DNA of 64,000 nucleotides from Candidatus Poribacteria bacterium (GTDB lineage Bacteria > Poribacteria > WGA-4E > WGA-3G): assembly GCA_964291315.2 (NCBI GenBank), contig OZ219750.1, forward strand, positions 224,001 through 288,000, read 5' to 3'. Of the stretch, positions 28,501-37,858 are shown in pieces. The notes under the pieces are model-generated. The model searched no databases. It had not been told where the DNA came from and was given only the letters and a program-made list of their open reading frames with translations. Position numbers and translations under genes: made by a program. Every line of letters begins with the position of its first letter. The stretch's first letter is position 1.

Positions 28501-31500
28501 ATTCACAGGGCCTGAGATACCTTGTGCTACCACCGTTTTTCCAGGAAATAAAGCTTTAACGGTGAGTGCTCCGTTAAAAACGGTGTTCTTAACAAACCGT
28601 TTCGTACGGTGCAGAACATCGTAAGTGGCGGTATGAACGTATCCTGGAGCTATTCGGAGTGTATCTCCCGGCGCGACCGTTTTTGTCTCGATACTAGGTA
28701 GAATCTCGCCGTCAGCGAGAGCGAGTTGTAAAGCTGGGTCTCCGAAGAGCGTATACTCCATCATGACATCAATCTGCCCCGTGCCCTCTGTCATTAGAAG
28801 TTCCAGCTTTGAATCAAAACTTAGGGGTCCCAGTTGGCGAATATTCCGTTTAAAAAGCATATCAAAGATAATGCGATTCAAGGCATCATTTCCGCTGCCA
28901 TAGGTGAGCCGTGTGGCACTCAGCATACCGATAATGCCGCCCCTCTTTTTGCGTAACAATTTTTCCGCCATGCTCGGTTCACCGGGCTTATCAAAATAGC
29001 CATTATAGCAGCTGAGCACCAACATGAAAGGGATTTTGGCCGTTTCTTCGACCTCTTCAACATCAGCGTTGTCGAAAATAGATTCGTGTGTCCAAACGGT
29101 CCTGCCGCCGTGGCCGGCGTATTGTGCTAAGACTGCGCCTTTCCCGAGCGCGTTGATAATCCTATCTCGGGCGACGTAGCGGGGCAAGATGTTTGAATAA
29201 TCGGTTGGACGTGCCTCAACTTCATCAATAACATCTTCAAGGAAGACTTCAATGGTTTCATAACCCAATCGGGTGTGGTCCTTAGCGATTTCGTTGAGAC
29301 TCTTTTTGAAGATAAAATCCCCAGAATTGCTAACTTCGTCGTCAGCGACGGAAATAATCTTTCGCCGCCAATCTCCACTTGGTGGGTTCTGTTCATAAGC
29401 CAAGATTTTATCAACAATAGTATCGGCTTGATCGATAGTTTCAACGCTGAGTCTTCCGATGTAGAAATCCGTGAACTCATCGTGCCCAGAAACGGTGGCA
29501 TACCAGTGATCGGACGCAGTTCGACCAAAGGAATCGGTTCGAATGTAGTGTGTTGGAATATAGCCATCGAGTTCAGGAGGATCCAGGTGAATTTCCGTGT
29601 CAACGCCGCGAAAATCGAAGGTCCCGTCGCCAAAAAGGACAACATAAGTCAGGGCAGGTGGTGCCCAAGATTGATAAGCATGGGTTAGAAACGCCTTAAT
29701 TGCCTTCGGACTGACCGCTCCACCGCCAAATGTATTATATATATCGTCAGTTGTAACGATCTTTGTGCGGTATCCGCCTCCCCCAGGTGTTGCGCGCCAT
29801 GCTGCTAATCTCTGTGCTGCTGATAGGAATTTCGCGTGCGTTATAATTAAATAATCCACGCCGTGATTTATAGCTGCTAAGTCTGTAGGTGTGATAGTCT
29901 CAACACGTTCTGGTTGGCGCAAAGCAGCATCGGAAACGGCGATAAACTGAGCGTTTCGGGTATCTGACATCTGAAAAAGTGCTTTAGCTTTATACGAACT
30001 GCGGTTTTCTATGTCCGTTTCTATGGTGATACCTTGCATCCGAGCAGTGAGAATATTACCATCTGTCTCAAATATATGTATTCTTGGGTCTCGGAATGCT
30101 TTAATTTCATATTGGAGTTTGCGTCCACCAGTCGGTTTCGCTTGGGGATCCGCATCAGAAGTAGGTGAGGTGAACCACAATTCATCTGCCACAGCTCGGA
30201 AAAGACGGGTGTACTCAACAGAAAAACGGTTGAGATAGACATGATACGGATACCGGGTGGTGTCCTCATCGATATTGTCGTCAACACGCGCAAGAGACAA
30301 GACGTTCAGCTCGCCTCTACTGCTGTCTTTAAGCGTATCCCAAGCACGCAAGGTGCGTTCGACTGTCAGTGTATCTTGCTGCTCCCATTTTGCAAATTCT
30401 ATTCGGACACCATTGATAGCGACTAAGATTTCATGTGATACCGGTGTGCCCCCCTGCAGGTCCACCGAAACATGTATCGGATCAAAACTTTTGGCAATAT
30501 CATAAAGCGGAAATTCAAGGATCATTTCACCGACATTGCTTCCATTTTTGATACCATCCCAGTACCAGAAATCCAGTGCTTCGAACCATCCATGTTTATC
30601 ACCCGGCGAAACGACATCTGTATACACGAATTCAAGGTTGTTCGTAAGGTAATTCTCTTCAAAGGTCACTTTAGAGCGAAAGGTGGGAACCTGTGTTGCA
30701 GTCGGGTCGGTCGGACTAGCGGTGATCTGTGGGACCCGCGCTGGAATACGCCCTGTATTGTCAAGCGTGAGCCAATAGATATTCCAACGGCTATAGGGGT
30801 TTTTCGGTTTATGTCCGAGGAAAAAAATCGTGTCCTGCACATCAAAACTGCCATCGTTTGCTCCACTGATGTAGACAGGGATTTCTCTGTTTTCATGTGA
30901 GAGTCGAAGCTTCGATGGATCTGTTCCGACAAGTCTCACGCCCCAATTCTGCTGTAGGGCACCTCCTGTTAGTGAGTAGATGCCGGTTTCTTTGACGAAC
31001 AGCTTATAACGAACTTCCCCGGTGTCCTCGATAGGAACGGGTGCTGGTGCAGCAGGGATCGACGAACGAGGTAATCGGAAGCTGCGCGCCTGCTCAGCGT
31101 TGAGAAGTTGATGGGATAAGGCACGTTCAAAGGCTTCTGATTCTGGCACAGCTATGCTTGTATTATATGCCTTAGTCTGAAATTGCGATTCCAACCCTTG
31201 ATATGCTAATGAAGTTCCCTGTTTTGGCTTGGAGAAACGGATGGTGACCGTGAATTGCGAATAAAGACGCAATTGGTGGGATTTCGGTAAATATTGCACC
31301 GGATATAACGCCAATGCAATGACGCGTTGATTCCGAATATAGCCTTCCCGTACGACGCGGGCAAGAGGGAGCCCCGGATATGAAAGAGTCGCAGTATTTG
31401 ACTGATAGGCACTCCCACTTTCTGTCCAGCGTTGTGTTGCTGAGTATTGTGTGCGCCTGTGTGCGTCGAAAACAGAGACCGGCATGAGACGGACACCAGA

Positions 31501-31860
31501 GCGTGTCTCAGCGGGGGCTGCGGAAATATCAACTGCTTCTATTTCAACCGACGCGGGGAGACCTAACATCAACCGTGTGACAGGAACTTTCGGATTGCCT
31601 GGTTCATCAGTGAAGCGACAATCGGCGTAACCAACCTGTTGGTAACGGACATTGTCTCGAATTACCTCAGAGATGGATAGTTCTGGTAAAGTGAATTGAA
31701 CCGTAATTCCGTTGTCTGATGTAACCTGCGTGATGTATGCGGACGCGCTACATATCGTGAAAAAGAAGAGTATCTGGATGCTGAGTATGACACCAAGCCT
31801 AAGCTGTGTAAGCAATGACTTGTGCTTTGTTTTCATCTGTTGTAGGAATGCTTGCGTCAT
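25558..31860 (-). CDS. C25 (gingipain) family cysteine peptidase, PorU-like, with propeptide and C-terminal T9SS type A sorting/FlgD-Ig domain
   Basis: Signal; propeptide (EPGNPKVP); DYLIITH, YVVLFGDG, SDHWY, IGRL, YAGHGG (His), LSCYNG (Cys), YTLFGDPA; CTD NYPNPF...KIYT..GRLIR...WDG.D.NG..VANGVY...K. Confidence 0.88.
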   Translation of the reverse strand: MTQAFLQQMKTKHKSLLTQLRLGVILSIQILFFFTICSASAYITQVTSDNGITVQFTLPELSISEVIRDNVRYQQVGYADCRFTDEPGNPKVPVTRLMLGLPASVEIEAVDISAAPAETRSGVRLMPVSVFDAHRRTQYSATQRWTESGSAYQSNTATLSYPGLPLARVVREGYIRNQRVIALALYPVQYLPKSHQLRLYSQFTVTIRFSKPKQGTSLAYQGLESQFQTKAYNTSIAVPESEAFERALSHQLLNAEQARSFRLPRSSIPAAPAPVPIEDTGEVRYKLFVKETGIYSLTGGALQQNWGVRLVGTDPSKLRLSHENREIPVYISGANDGSFDVQDTIFFLGHKPKNPYSRWNIYWLTLDNTGRIPARVPQITASPTDPTATQVPTFRSKVTFEENYLTNNLEFVYTDVVSPGDKHGWFEALDFWYWDGIKNGSNVGEMILEFPLYDIAKSFDPIHVSVDLQGGTPVSHEILVAINGVRIEFAKWEQQDTLTVERTLRAWDTLKDSSRGELNVLSLARVDDNIDEDTTRYPYHVYLNRFSVEYTRLFRAVADELWFTSPTSDADPQAKPTGGRKLQYEIKAFRDPRIHIFETDGNILTARMQGITIETDIENRSSYKAKALFQMSDTRNAQFIAVSDAALRQPERVETITPTDLAAINHGVDYLIITHAKFLSAAQRLAAWRATPGGGGYRTKIVTTDDIYNTFGGGAVSPKAIKAFLTHAYQSWAPPALTYVVLFGDGTFDFRGVDTEIHLDPPELDGYIPTHYIRTDSFGRTASDHWYATVSGHDEFTDFYIGRLSVETIDQADTIVDKILAYEQNPPSGDWRRKIISVADDEVSNSGDFIFKKSLNEIAKDHTRLGYETIEVFLEDVIDEVEARPTDYSNILPRYVARDRIINALGKGAVLAQYAGHGGRTVWTHESIFDNADVEEVEETAKIPFMLVLSCYNGYFDKPGEPSMAEKLLRKKRGGIIGMLSATRLTYGSGNDALNRIIFDMLFKRNIRQLGPLSFDSKLELLMTEGTGQIDVMMEYTLFGDPALQLALADGEILPSIETKTVAPGDTLRIAPGYVHTATYDVLHRTKRFVKNTVFNGALTVKALFPGKTVVAQGISGPVNYYTGDVILTKTLNISNGTYPEVTFAVPQNIASGDAHVEYYAQSPTTVAVGGDSFTVNIPKILDIRTELVDKNKFRISVQVSDEKEQVASALLNWRNPTLRQWENVNLIQAPPPLAAEGWWTVPEPFDAPTDGSVIRYDIQVTDIDGNTVKSQALRYYPYAYPNLSVVQVDRVDAIRYGYNTEAQHWYLSADVQTEGEEIQIPVEVAFFYGNPDVDGDTIANNDANFLGIAQIQPEDWVQRTPLANSESESAEREVYESDPLNTLPIATATLPLTTNLPFVDRHSEYLSGLPLGIHDIFVYVDPNFSESDQPGKVLENEEDDNIAYRRISVDMGVIGTDFSNQITSLDGNCVVTVPPGVLQNRTVLQVATLSATSYQLPTGNNMFTVMGEMQPDGRTVSDNTSTKRVPLPGNTYGYELLIDTGTGEGTQTYDDIVDRNAQGSIQLTSPMAIDFSFDLGALGTQLAKELLGSAEEVTDGSDTAATIETAVESRSREIGVYQWSSTLSNWIRLPSQVLTDTTGNLQQRLQVTDIEAENVGQGKLRNIRIHPDGAPIGKYVLLFTGPQTYRLLHAPYRENTQVLEELAVIAPSEQLIGFSTDYPNFRYGFAINMETDSEEPFRFGDIWTFNITSLEQPLDTDQGLKGTSQRELRWYASGFGDLNRGSGTVSYIQLPTDTTMPEDRWVIFFLSNEEFQVEGEKTGVLRSQDENEPHRGTVEQPFFYEPYGLRFQITQGKRSFTSGDRFRFETRSVGTVRATTGQLGTVTLLHSDDTVAPDIQLTIGNQQHFVPGDAVDAEPLIGATLTDPSGIDYLTHPLLLELGNGFSYEAIDPEAYELTHHPGSNQLILTYLSPELEPREYEIRLTASDVHGNTDTESSTFRVHATLQLLSFLNYPNPFPRKTTLTCELTAPADSLVVKIYTLGGRLIRELSMPATPGFLMVEWDGTDANGIEVANGVYYAKLQIKRNGEKDITEILKMMKLR
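27312..27394. repeat. Heptamer-armed element in frame inside the C25 peptidase
   Basis: GTTGGTA-GCTGGTA-GCTGGTA-GCTGAGA-GC at 27365-27394; weaker opposing arm CCGTCCT-GCCGTCT-GGCTG from 27312. Confidence 0.6.
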
Positions 31861-31901
31861 TTTTCGTGTTGGTCTTCAACTCTTGGTTATCAGAGGAACA
31901 A

Positions 31902-32885
31902 TTATCTTACTTTCAAAAGGATTTTACCGAAATTGCGATTCGCTTCCATGTATTCATGGGCATGTTGTGCTTGTGCTAGCGGAAAAACAGCGTCGATAAT
32001 TGGTTGGAGTGTTCCGTTTTTTAACTCGGGTAACCATCGCCCGATGAAACGCTGCGTAATTGCCGTTTTTTCGTCAATAGCCTGAGGTCTCATGACCGAA
32101 CCGATGATCTGCAGCCGGTTGCGCATTACTGTGCCGAGGTTAATCTCTGTGGTCGCGCCAGCGATTAATCCGACTTGTAGGAGTCTCCCGTTTGTCTTGA
32201 GTATCGATAGGTTCCGCTCAAAGTACGGAGCACCGATAACGTCCAAAACGACATCAACCCCTTTTCCATCAGTTAGTTGTTGGATTTCGGTGGCAAAATC
32301 GGTTGTTTTGTAGTTAATACCTTCTATTGCCCCGAGCTCTTTGCACTTGTCAATCTTTTTTTTTGTCCCTGCGGTGACAAAAACCTTCGCCTCCGCATGC
32401 CTTGAGATCTGAATTCCTGCACTACCGACACCACTGCCCCCAGCATGAATCAAAATTGTTTCACCGGCTGCCAACCTACCGAGTGTGAAGATATTTTCGC
32501 TTGCTGTGAAAAAGACTTCTGGCACTGCAGCAGCTTGTTCAAAACTCCACGCATCAGGTATAGGTATTGCCATACGGTGGTCGATAACAGCCTGTTCTGC
32601 ATAGCCCCCACCTCCAACAAGTCCGAAGACGCGATCGCCTTCCGAAACTTTGCTGTCCACGGTGTCGCCAATTGCTGAAACCGTGCCAGCAATTTCCAGT
32701 CCGAGGACCTCGGATTCACCAGGGGGCGGTGGATATCCGCCGCGTCGCTGAATCAGGTCTGCGCGGTTTAAAGCCGTAGCGTGTACATCTACTAGAAGTT
32801 GTGTTGGTGTTGGAGTCGGTGATGGCACATCGTCTATTTGTAAGACTTCCGGTCCTCCATCTCTTCTTCTGATAATTGCTTTCAT
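31902..32885 (-). CDS. NAD(P)H-quinone oxidoreductase, PIG3 family
   Basis: NRADLIQRRGGYPPPPG.S..LGLE, GGGYAE, LIHAGGSGVG, GKILL. Start ATG 32885. Confidence 0.93.
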   Translation of the reverse strand: MKAIIRRRDGGPEVLQIDDVPSPTPTPTQLLVDVHATALNRADLIQRRGGYPPPPGESEVLGLEIAGTVSAIGDTVDSKVSEGDRVFGLVGGGGYAEQAVIDHRMAIPIPDAWSFEQAAAVPEVFFTASENIFTLGRLAAGETILIHAGGSGVGSAGIQISRHAEAKVFVTAGTKKKIDKCKELGAIEGINYKTTDFATEIQQLTDGKGVDVVLDVIGAPYFERNLSILKTNGRLLQVGLIAGATTEINLGTVMRNRLQIIGSVMRPQAIDEKTAITQRFIGRWLPELKNGTLQPIIDAVFPLAQAQHAHEYMEANRNFGKILLKVR

Positions 32886-33199
32886 TTCTTTTTCCGAATC
32901 TTTTGCCTTCAACGCAGCTACATGCTTTTAACTTTGTAAAAACTATCCTAGTTCAAAGGTAGGTCATAAAGGATTCCATTTTTCGGGCAACCGTTTTGCA
33001 GCTAAACAGAGTTTCCAATTAATTCATGTTGGTTGTACATTGTCTCGGTTTCCTTCAAAAAAACAAACTGTTTTTCAACAAAACGGATAGGAAGGTCTAT
33101 CACAATTATCTGTTCTTGGGTTCTTGAGGTGATAACAGCGATATTGACGAAAACTCGGCGGAAGTCGCATCCAAGAACCGGGACCCTGGAAAAGAAAAT

Positions 33200-33228
33200 T
33201 ACAACCTTTTGAGTTTATCAACGTCTAA
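33200..33228 (+). promoter_or_regulatory. Candidate ECF-sigma promoter (AAC-N16-CGT type)
   Basis: TACAAC (33200-33205), 16 bp, CGTCTAA (33222-33228), ~35 bp before ATG 33262. Confidence 0.5.
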
Positions 33229-33261
33229 AAAAGATAGAATAACTAAAGAGAGGAAAGCACA

Positions 33262-33735
33262 ATGGGGAAAAGAGGCAAAAGGACCTCCAAGAAGTTGACA
33301 GCGCGGCACTTCAATCCAGTGAAATCAAAAATAGAATCTATCAGCGAGTGTTTTGATCAATTACGGCACGGACTCCCCGCAGAGATAGAAGAATATATTG
33401 AGGGTGACCGAATTACGCAATCTTATATCAAAAGCTGCTTCCTGATGATTATTCAGCGCGCCGTGGACATCAACAATGTTATCATAGAATTTAGCGGACA
33501 AACGCCGCCACTTCAAAAGCACCACAGTTTTCGTGCCTTACATCAGAACAGCACTATTGATAAAGAAACACTAAATTTTTTCATTAAGGCTCTAGACTAC
33601 TACGAAAAAATCGCTAATCCGTATCATGAGCTCCCGCCATCTGAACTCTACAATGCCTCTCGCCAGCTTTTGAAGTATGGTGAAGCTTATACTAGCCAGA
33701 TTGAGAATTTCTTTTTAAATCTTTCACCAACTTAG
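33262..33735 (+). CDS. DUF86/HepT-like HEPN-domain protein with degenerate active site
   Basis: IIQRAVDIN..II.....PP......F..L......I pattern typical of HepT; the expected RN..vH.Y is replaced by YEKIANPY. Confidence 0.6.
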   Translation: MGKRGKRTSKKLTARHFNPVKSKIESISECFDQLRHGLPAEIEEYIEGDRITQSYIKSCFLMIIQRAVDINNVIIEFSGQTPPLQKHHSFRALHQNSTIDKETLNFFIKALDYYEKIANPYHELPPSELYNASRQLLKYGEAYTSQIENFFLNLSPT

Positions 33736-33765
33736 GTAGTATTAGCCCGTTGTCATGTATGGAAC

Positions 33766-33833
33766 AGGCGCGGTTGCAAACCCTAACTTCAGTTCTCTGT
33801 CGCGTTTGAAGCAAAAGGTTGCAAACCGTGCCT
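33766..33833. repeat. REP-like inverted repeat / bidirectional terminator between convergent genes
   Basis: AGGCGCGGTT (33766-33775) pairs with AACCGTGCCT (33824-33833); GGTTGCAAACC occurs twice. Confidence 0.5.
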
Positions 33834-33847
33834 ATGAATTATACTAT

Positions 33848-34612
33848 CTAATTAAATTCAACGACACCGCCGGTTCCCTTCAGTATAATATCTGGTTTAA
33901 GCAGAATCTGTTCTTCTTCCAATTTTAACCCTGTCGGATGGAGAACGTAGGCGATTCTGAGCGGGAGGTATTTTCCCAAATCAGCGAGCATATCTATATC
34001 GCTTTTAAAGATTATCTGTTCGCTCTGCTGTGTTTGATAGGCATACCAATACTTGAGATAAGAGCGAATCCGGTTGCTAAAAATAAGCTCTGAGGACTCT
34101 GAATCAATAACCTTGACTCGGACACGACCAATGGCAGTCAGACGGGTACGAATGTAGGTGGATGTTCCGGAAATTCCGCCCTGTCTGCCTTGCTTCATTA
34201 GGTGTTGATCGTAATCTTTCCGAGTTAATTTTGGTTCCTCAACCATACCGATGATGATCATATCAGCGTCAAGGGCTTGCCCAAGTTTCGCTGCTAATGC
34301 CGGATCGATATAAATCTGATTCAATGTCAAGCCGAGCTCTGTGAGTTTATCGTCTATCGGTTTAACTTTGTTCGAGATGTCATAGACCCATTCTGCCTCT
34401 TTGAAGATAAGTTCAAAACGGGTTGCGAGATTGACGGTCATACGCGACCCTAATTTGTTAATATCTTTCTTCTCCGCAAAAAACGGGGTGACAGCAATAC
34501 GTTTTGCATCACTGATTGGTGGTGGAGTCGTGATCTTAATTTCGCCGCCATTGCAGCTTGCGATTGTCAAACAGAGAAGTGGTGTAAGTAGAATTGTAAA
34601 GAAACGTGTCAC
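33848..34612 (-). CDS. Hypothetical lipoprotein (possible CsgG/TolB-N-like fold)
   Basis: AGGAGG then GTG 34612; lipobox TIASC; RIAVTPF ... AAKLGQALDADMIIIG pattern. Confidence 0.7.
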   Translation of the reverse strand: MTRFFTILLTPLLCLTIASCNGGEIKITTPPPISDAKRIAVTPFFAEKKDINKLGSRMTVNLATRFELIFKEAEWVYDISNKVKPIDDKLTELGLTLNQIYIDPALAAKLGQALDADMIIIGMVEEPKLTRKDYDQHLMKQGRQGGISGTSTYIRTRLTAIGRVRVKVIDSESSELIFSNRIRSYLKYWYAYQTQQSEQIIFKSDIDMLADLGKYLPLRIAYVLHPTGLKLEEEQILLKPDIILKGTGGVVEFN

Positions 34613-34820
34613 TGAAGTGTGCCTCCTATAATTTGTCGGTGTAGTTTCAAACCAAATTTTCTGACCGTCACAGTCAAAAACTTGCCTTAACTTCACTCTA
34701 TGTACTTCCAAAAATCTTTTTCTTCACTCCCACGCTGGGGGAAGCATACCAAATTTACAGAAATAGGTCAACTTTTATCCGATGTGCCAGTCAGAGTTTC
34801 CATCGATTACTGGAAAAAGA

Positions 34821-35792
34821 CTACTCGGAAGCCGCGATCGCTAATGCTCGAACCTCTCCGAATTCATGTGAGAGTTTCGTCCAAGAGTCCCCCGAGTCTG
34901 TACTCCGGTAAAGCTGCCCACTCACACTACAAGCAACAAGAAGGTTGTTGACGTTCGGGTTGTGAGCGAAGCACCAGATTGTGCTGTTTGCAGTTCTGCC
35001 AATGTCCGCGCGGGTCCAGGACTTGCCGGTGTCGCGTGTTGAGAAAATACCCCCTTGGTCGCCCGGGGGCCCGTTTCCTGCTCCGATAAATACACGACCT
35101 GCATCACCATTTAAAAAGAAGGCTGCACGGCAATAAGGCCAAGGATAATGTGCTTTAACATTCAGTGGTATCCACTGCTGTCCCATATCTGTTGTTACAC
35201 AGACATCGTTATTTGTTGCAGCGACGATCATCTTTGGGGAACCCGGGATGACACACAGTCCATGGATATCTAAGCTACTGAGGCCCTCACTCCGCTCGGT
35301 CCATGTTTCCCCACCATCTGTGCTGATATGCATTCCATCAATTTCAATGCCTATGTAGAGCGTTTGCGAGTCGTCGGGATCAATCACGAATGTTGTAACA
35401 CGGGGCACAATAGGGATACCCTTACACTCTTCTGATAAATCAATGTTAAGTTGTTTCCAATTAGTACCACCATCAATAGATTTAAAAAGTGCCGAAGGGC
35501 ACGTTCCAGCATAGACTGTATTTGGTGCGTTCGGATCGACAGCGATTGCCCAAACCTCCCGTCCGTCGATAGGACTTGGAAGGCGGTGCCACGATTCGGC
35601 AGCATCGTTGGTCTGGAAGATACCGTTTTCGGTGCCAGCGTAGAGAGATCTTGGGTTACTGGGGTTGACGGCTAAGGCACGAATATCGGCTTCAGGAAAA
35701 AGTCCGTTACTCGTCCTGCCCCAAGTATCCCCGTTATCAGTGCTGCGCCAGACGCTTTGTCCAATAGTTCCTGCATAAAGTATAGATTGCAT
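34821..35792 (-). CDS. BNR/Asp-box repeat beta-propeller protein (Ycf48/VPS10-like)
   Basis: Repeated S.D.G.TW Asp-boxes (STDNGDTW, SIDGGTNW, STDGGETW, STDSGDSW). Confidence 0.85.
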   Translation of the reverse strand: MQSILYAGTIGQSVWRSTDNGDTWGRTSNGLFPEADIRALAVNPSNPRSLYAGTENGIFQTNDAAESWHRLPSPIDGREVWAIAVDPNAPNTVYAGTCPSALFKSIDGGTNWKQLNIDLSEECKGIPIVPRVTTFVIDPDDSQTLYIGIEIDGMHISTDGGETWTERSEGLSSLDIHGLCVIPGSPKMIVAATNNDVCVTTDMGQQWIPLNVKAHYPWPYCRAAFFLNGDAGRVFIGAGNGPPGDQGGIFSTRDTGKSWTRADIGRTANSTIWCFAHNPNVNNLLVACSVSGQLYRSTDSGDSWTKLSHEFGEVRALAIAASE

Positions 35793-35970
35793 CTTTTTCC
35801 CTTTCTGAAGCTCCTAATTGGGTAGTCAACAGAACAAAAAGCACGTTTCGCTAACCATAAGTTAGAAGCGATTCCCTGATTCGAGACGGAGCGTTTGCCC
35901 TAAATCTTCACGAAATGTCCTCTAAATTTGGGCTTACCTACCGTTTGTTAAAAGTTTTCTGCCTATAATA

Positions 35971-37677
35971 TTACTCGATTAATGTCCCTGTGTCAACAAC
36001 CCTTGAATCAATCGATATCTGATATACAACAGATTTGGGTTCTATTTCTGGTTCCAAGAGAAATGAGAATCGATACAATTGGTTCTCCTGAGAACTCTGC
36101 GCGACTTCATACATTGCTTGTTTGTCTCTATGTACCTGTTCTGCTTTGTTGTCGTGGAGCATTAAGGTTACCATCGGTGTTACTCCGACAAGAGGTTCGC
36201 TCGGTTTAGTGATGATATCCCAGTACCGAGGATGCACTGAATTAGGAAGGGCAGTTGTGACAAAGGTAATATGAGCTCCACGTGTTGCACTGTATTGATA
36301 CTTTTCACTTTCTGAATAGGTGCTGGGCGTATCGGTATGGCGACTCGGTACTAAGACCGCTTCTGAAACCGTGTCCGGTAGTACAAGAGACCCCTTGTTA
36401 CTTGCAGACAACGTTATCTCTCGGATCTGGACAACACCCGTGTTGTGGAATTCAATCGCATGGGCGGAGGTATCCGGCACTGAACCACTAGAAAATCCTA
36501 GAGTTAACCGGCTAGCATTTTCAAAGCCGATGTAGTCCGCTGAAAAATTGTGCAGTTTTCCATCCTCTGCCCCACTTGGGTATGAACGATGCCAACGGCG
36601 GGGCGCTAAAGAGAGACGAACAGACTGATAGTCTGACAAATAATTAGCGAGTTTCCATGAAATAAAGAGTTCGGAAATTGTTTTGTGGATGCCTTGCGAT
36701 GCAAGGACATCAATGATACCGGTGAAGGATGCTCCGCGGTTTTGAACGATTTTAACCAGTGTCTCTATACCTCCGTATTGTTCATGTAGATATAGCATCC
36801 ATAAAAAAGCAGCACCGTAGTGTGGTAGTGGGTCAATACCGCTCTCAGGCCAGGCGATGAGCGAAATAGACGGCGCTTTCTCAAATGCAATTATATGTTC
36901 TTGGGTTGAATAGCCACATAGAAATGATGCGTACACCGCACAGCCTTCATCAACCCAAGTAGCTTCTTTTGGGTCGTGTCGCCAATTGATGATATGTTGA
37001 AACTCGTGGGCGATAACATTATGAGCAGTTTCGCTGTTTGGATTCAGCGGGTGGGTATCAATATATAGTATTTCCGCTTCATTACTTCGAATCGGGAAGC
37101 CGCGAAACCCGGGGTGTCTCAGAACGCCTCGGTTCTGATCCGCCGGATTGAAAAAGCCTGCTGTATACTGACCTGTGTGATCCATGTCTCGGATGTTGAG
37201 TAGAAGTAAGATAATTCTTCCATTCCCATCAATATCGGGTGGGTCCCCAAAGCGATCTGTCAATGTTAGGTAAATTCCGCGTTGCGGATTTGCTGGCACA
37301 GCAGTGTCAAAAGCATGGATGGCCGTCTGAACGGTTGCGGTCGTAACGCGTGTTTTCCACTCAGTATTTTCAACAAAAATGTAACAAAAATTGCCGATGC
37401 CGCGCAAAACCGCAGAAACGGCGTATTGTCGCATACTTCTAAAATCGGGAACAAAGAAAGTCCGTTCTGTACCAATAGGCAGCACTGGAGCAGCAGGCGG
37501 GACAGGAGCCGCTGCCATCTTTTTAGGTGTTTGGGAGAAGGAATGTGGCGTATCAGTATCCCCGAATCCATCTCTTGTAAATGACAACTGAGGTGTACCA
37601 CAAATGTATCCTGAACTCCCGTTAGGAAAGCCGATAGGTAATAGCATAGCGATGAAAAGCAGTGTTATTTTTTTCAT
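35971..37677 (-). CDS. Secreted zinc metallopeptidase (M30/M6-like)
   Basis: Signal peptide; PPDIDGNGRIILL; AHEFQHII (HExxH); WVDEG; YGAAFLW..YL.EQYG. Confidence 0.75.
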   Translation of the reverse strand: MKKITLLFIAMLLPIGFPNGSSGYICGTPQLSFTRDGFGDTDTPHSFSQTPKKMAAAPVPPAAPVLPIGTERTFFVPDFRSMRQYAVSAVLRGIGNFCYIFVENTEWKTRVTTATVQTAIHAFDTAVPANPQRGIYLTLTDRFGDPPDIDGNGRIILLLLNIRDMDHTGQYTAGFFNPADQNRGVLRHPGFRGFPIRSNEAEILYIDTHPLNPNSETAHNVIAHEFQHIINWRHDPKEATWVDEGCAVYASFLCGYSTQEHIIAFEKAPSISLIAWPESGIDPLPHYGAAFLWMLYLHEQYGGIETLVKIVQNRGASFTGIIDVLASQGIHKTISELFISWKLANYLSDYQSVRLSLAPRRWHRSYPSGAEDGKLHNFSADYIGFENASRLTLGFSSGSVPDTSAHAIEFHNTGVVQIREITLSASNKGSLVLPDTVSEAVLVPSRHTDTPSTYSESEKYQYSATRGAHITFVTTALPNSVHPRYWDIITKPSEPLVGVTPMVTLMLHDNKAEQVHRDKQAMYEVAQSSQENQLYRFSFLLEPEIEPKSVVYQISIDSRVVDTGTLIE

Positions 37678-37858
37678 CTATCAGTGATTAGTGGTTATTG
37701 CTTAGCAAATATGGTGAATTATAGAAATATATTAACACATTTGTGGAGTCAGTTTTCTAACCACACGGATATAGTTATTTATTATTTGTTGCCAGTTATC
37801 AAATGTCAGTTAGGTAAGAGAATCTTGTGGTTCATGGCCGGCCGCTGACTGCTAAACG

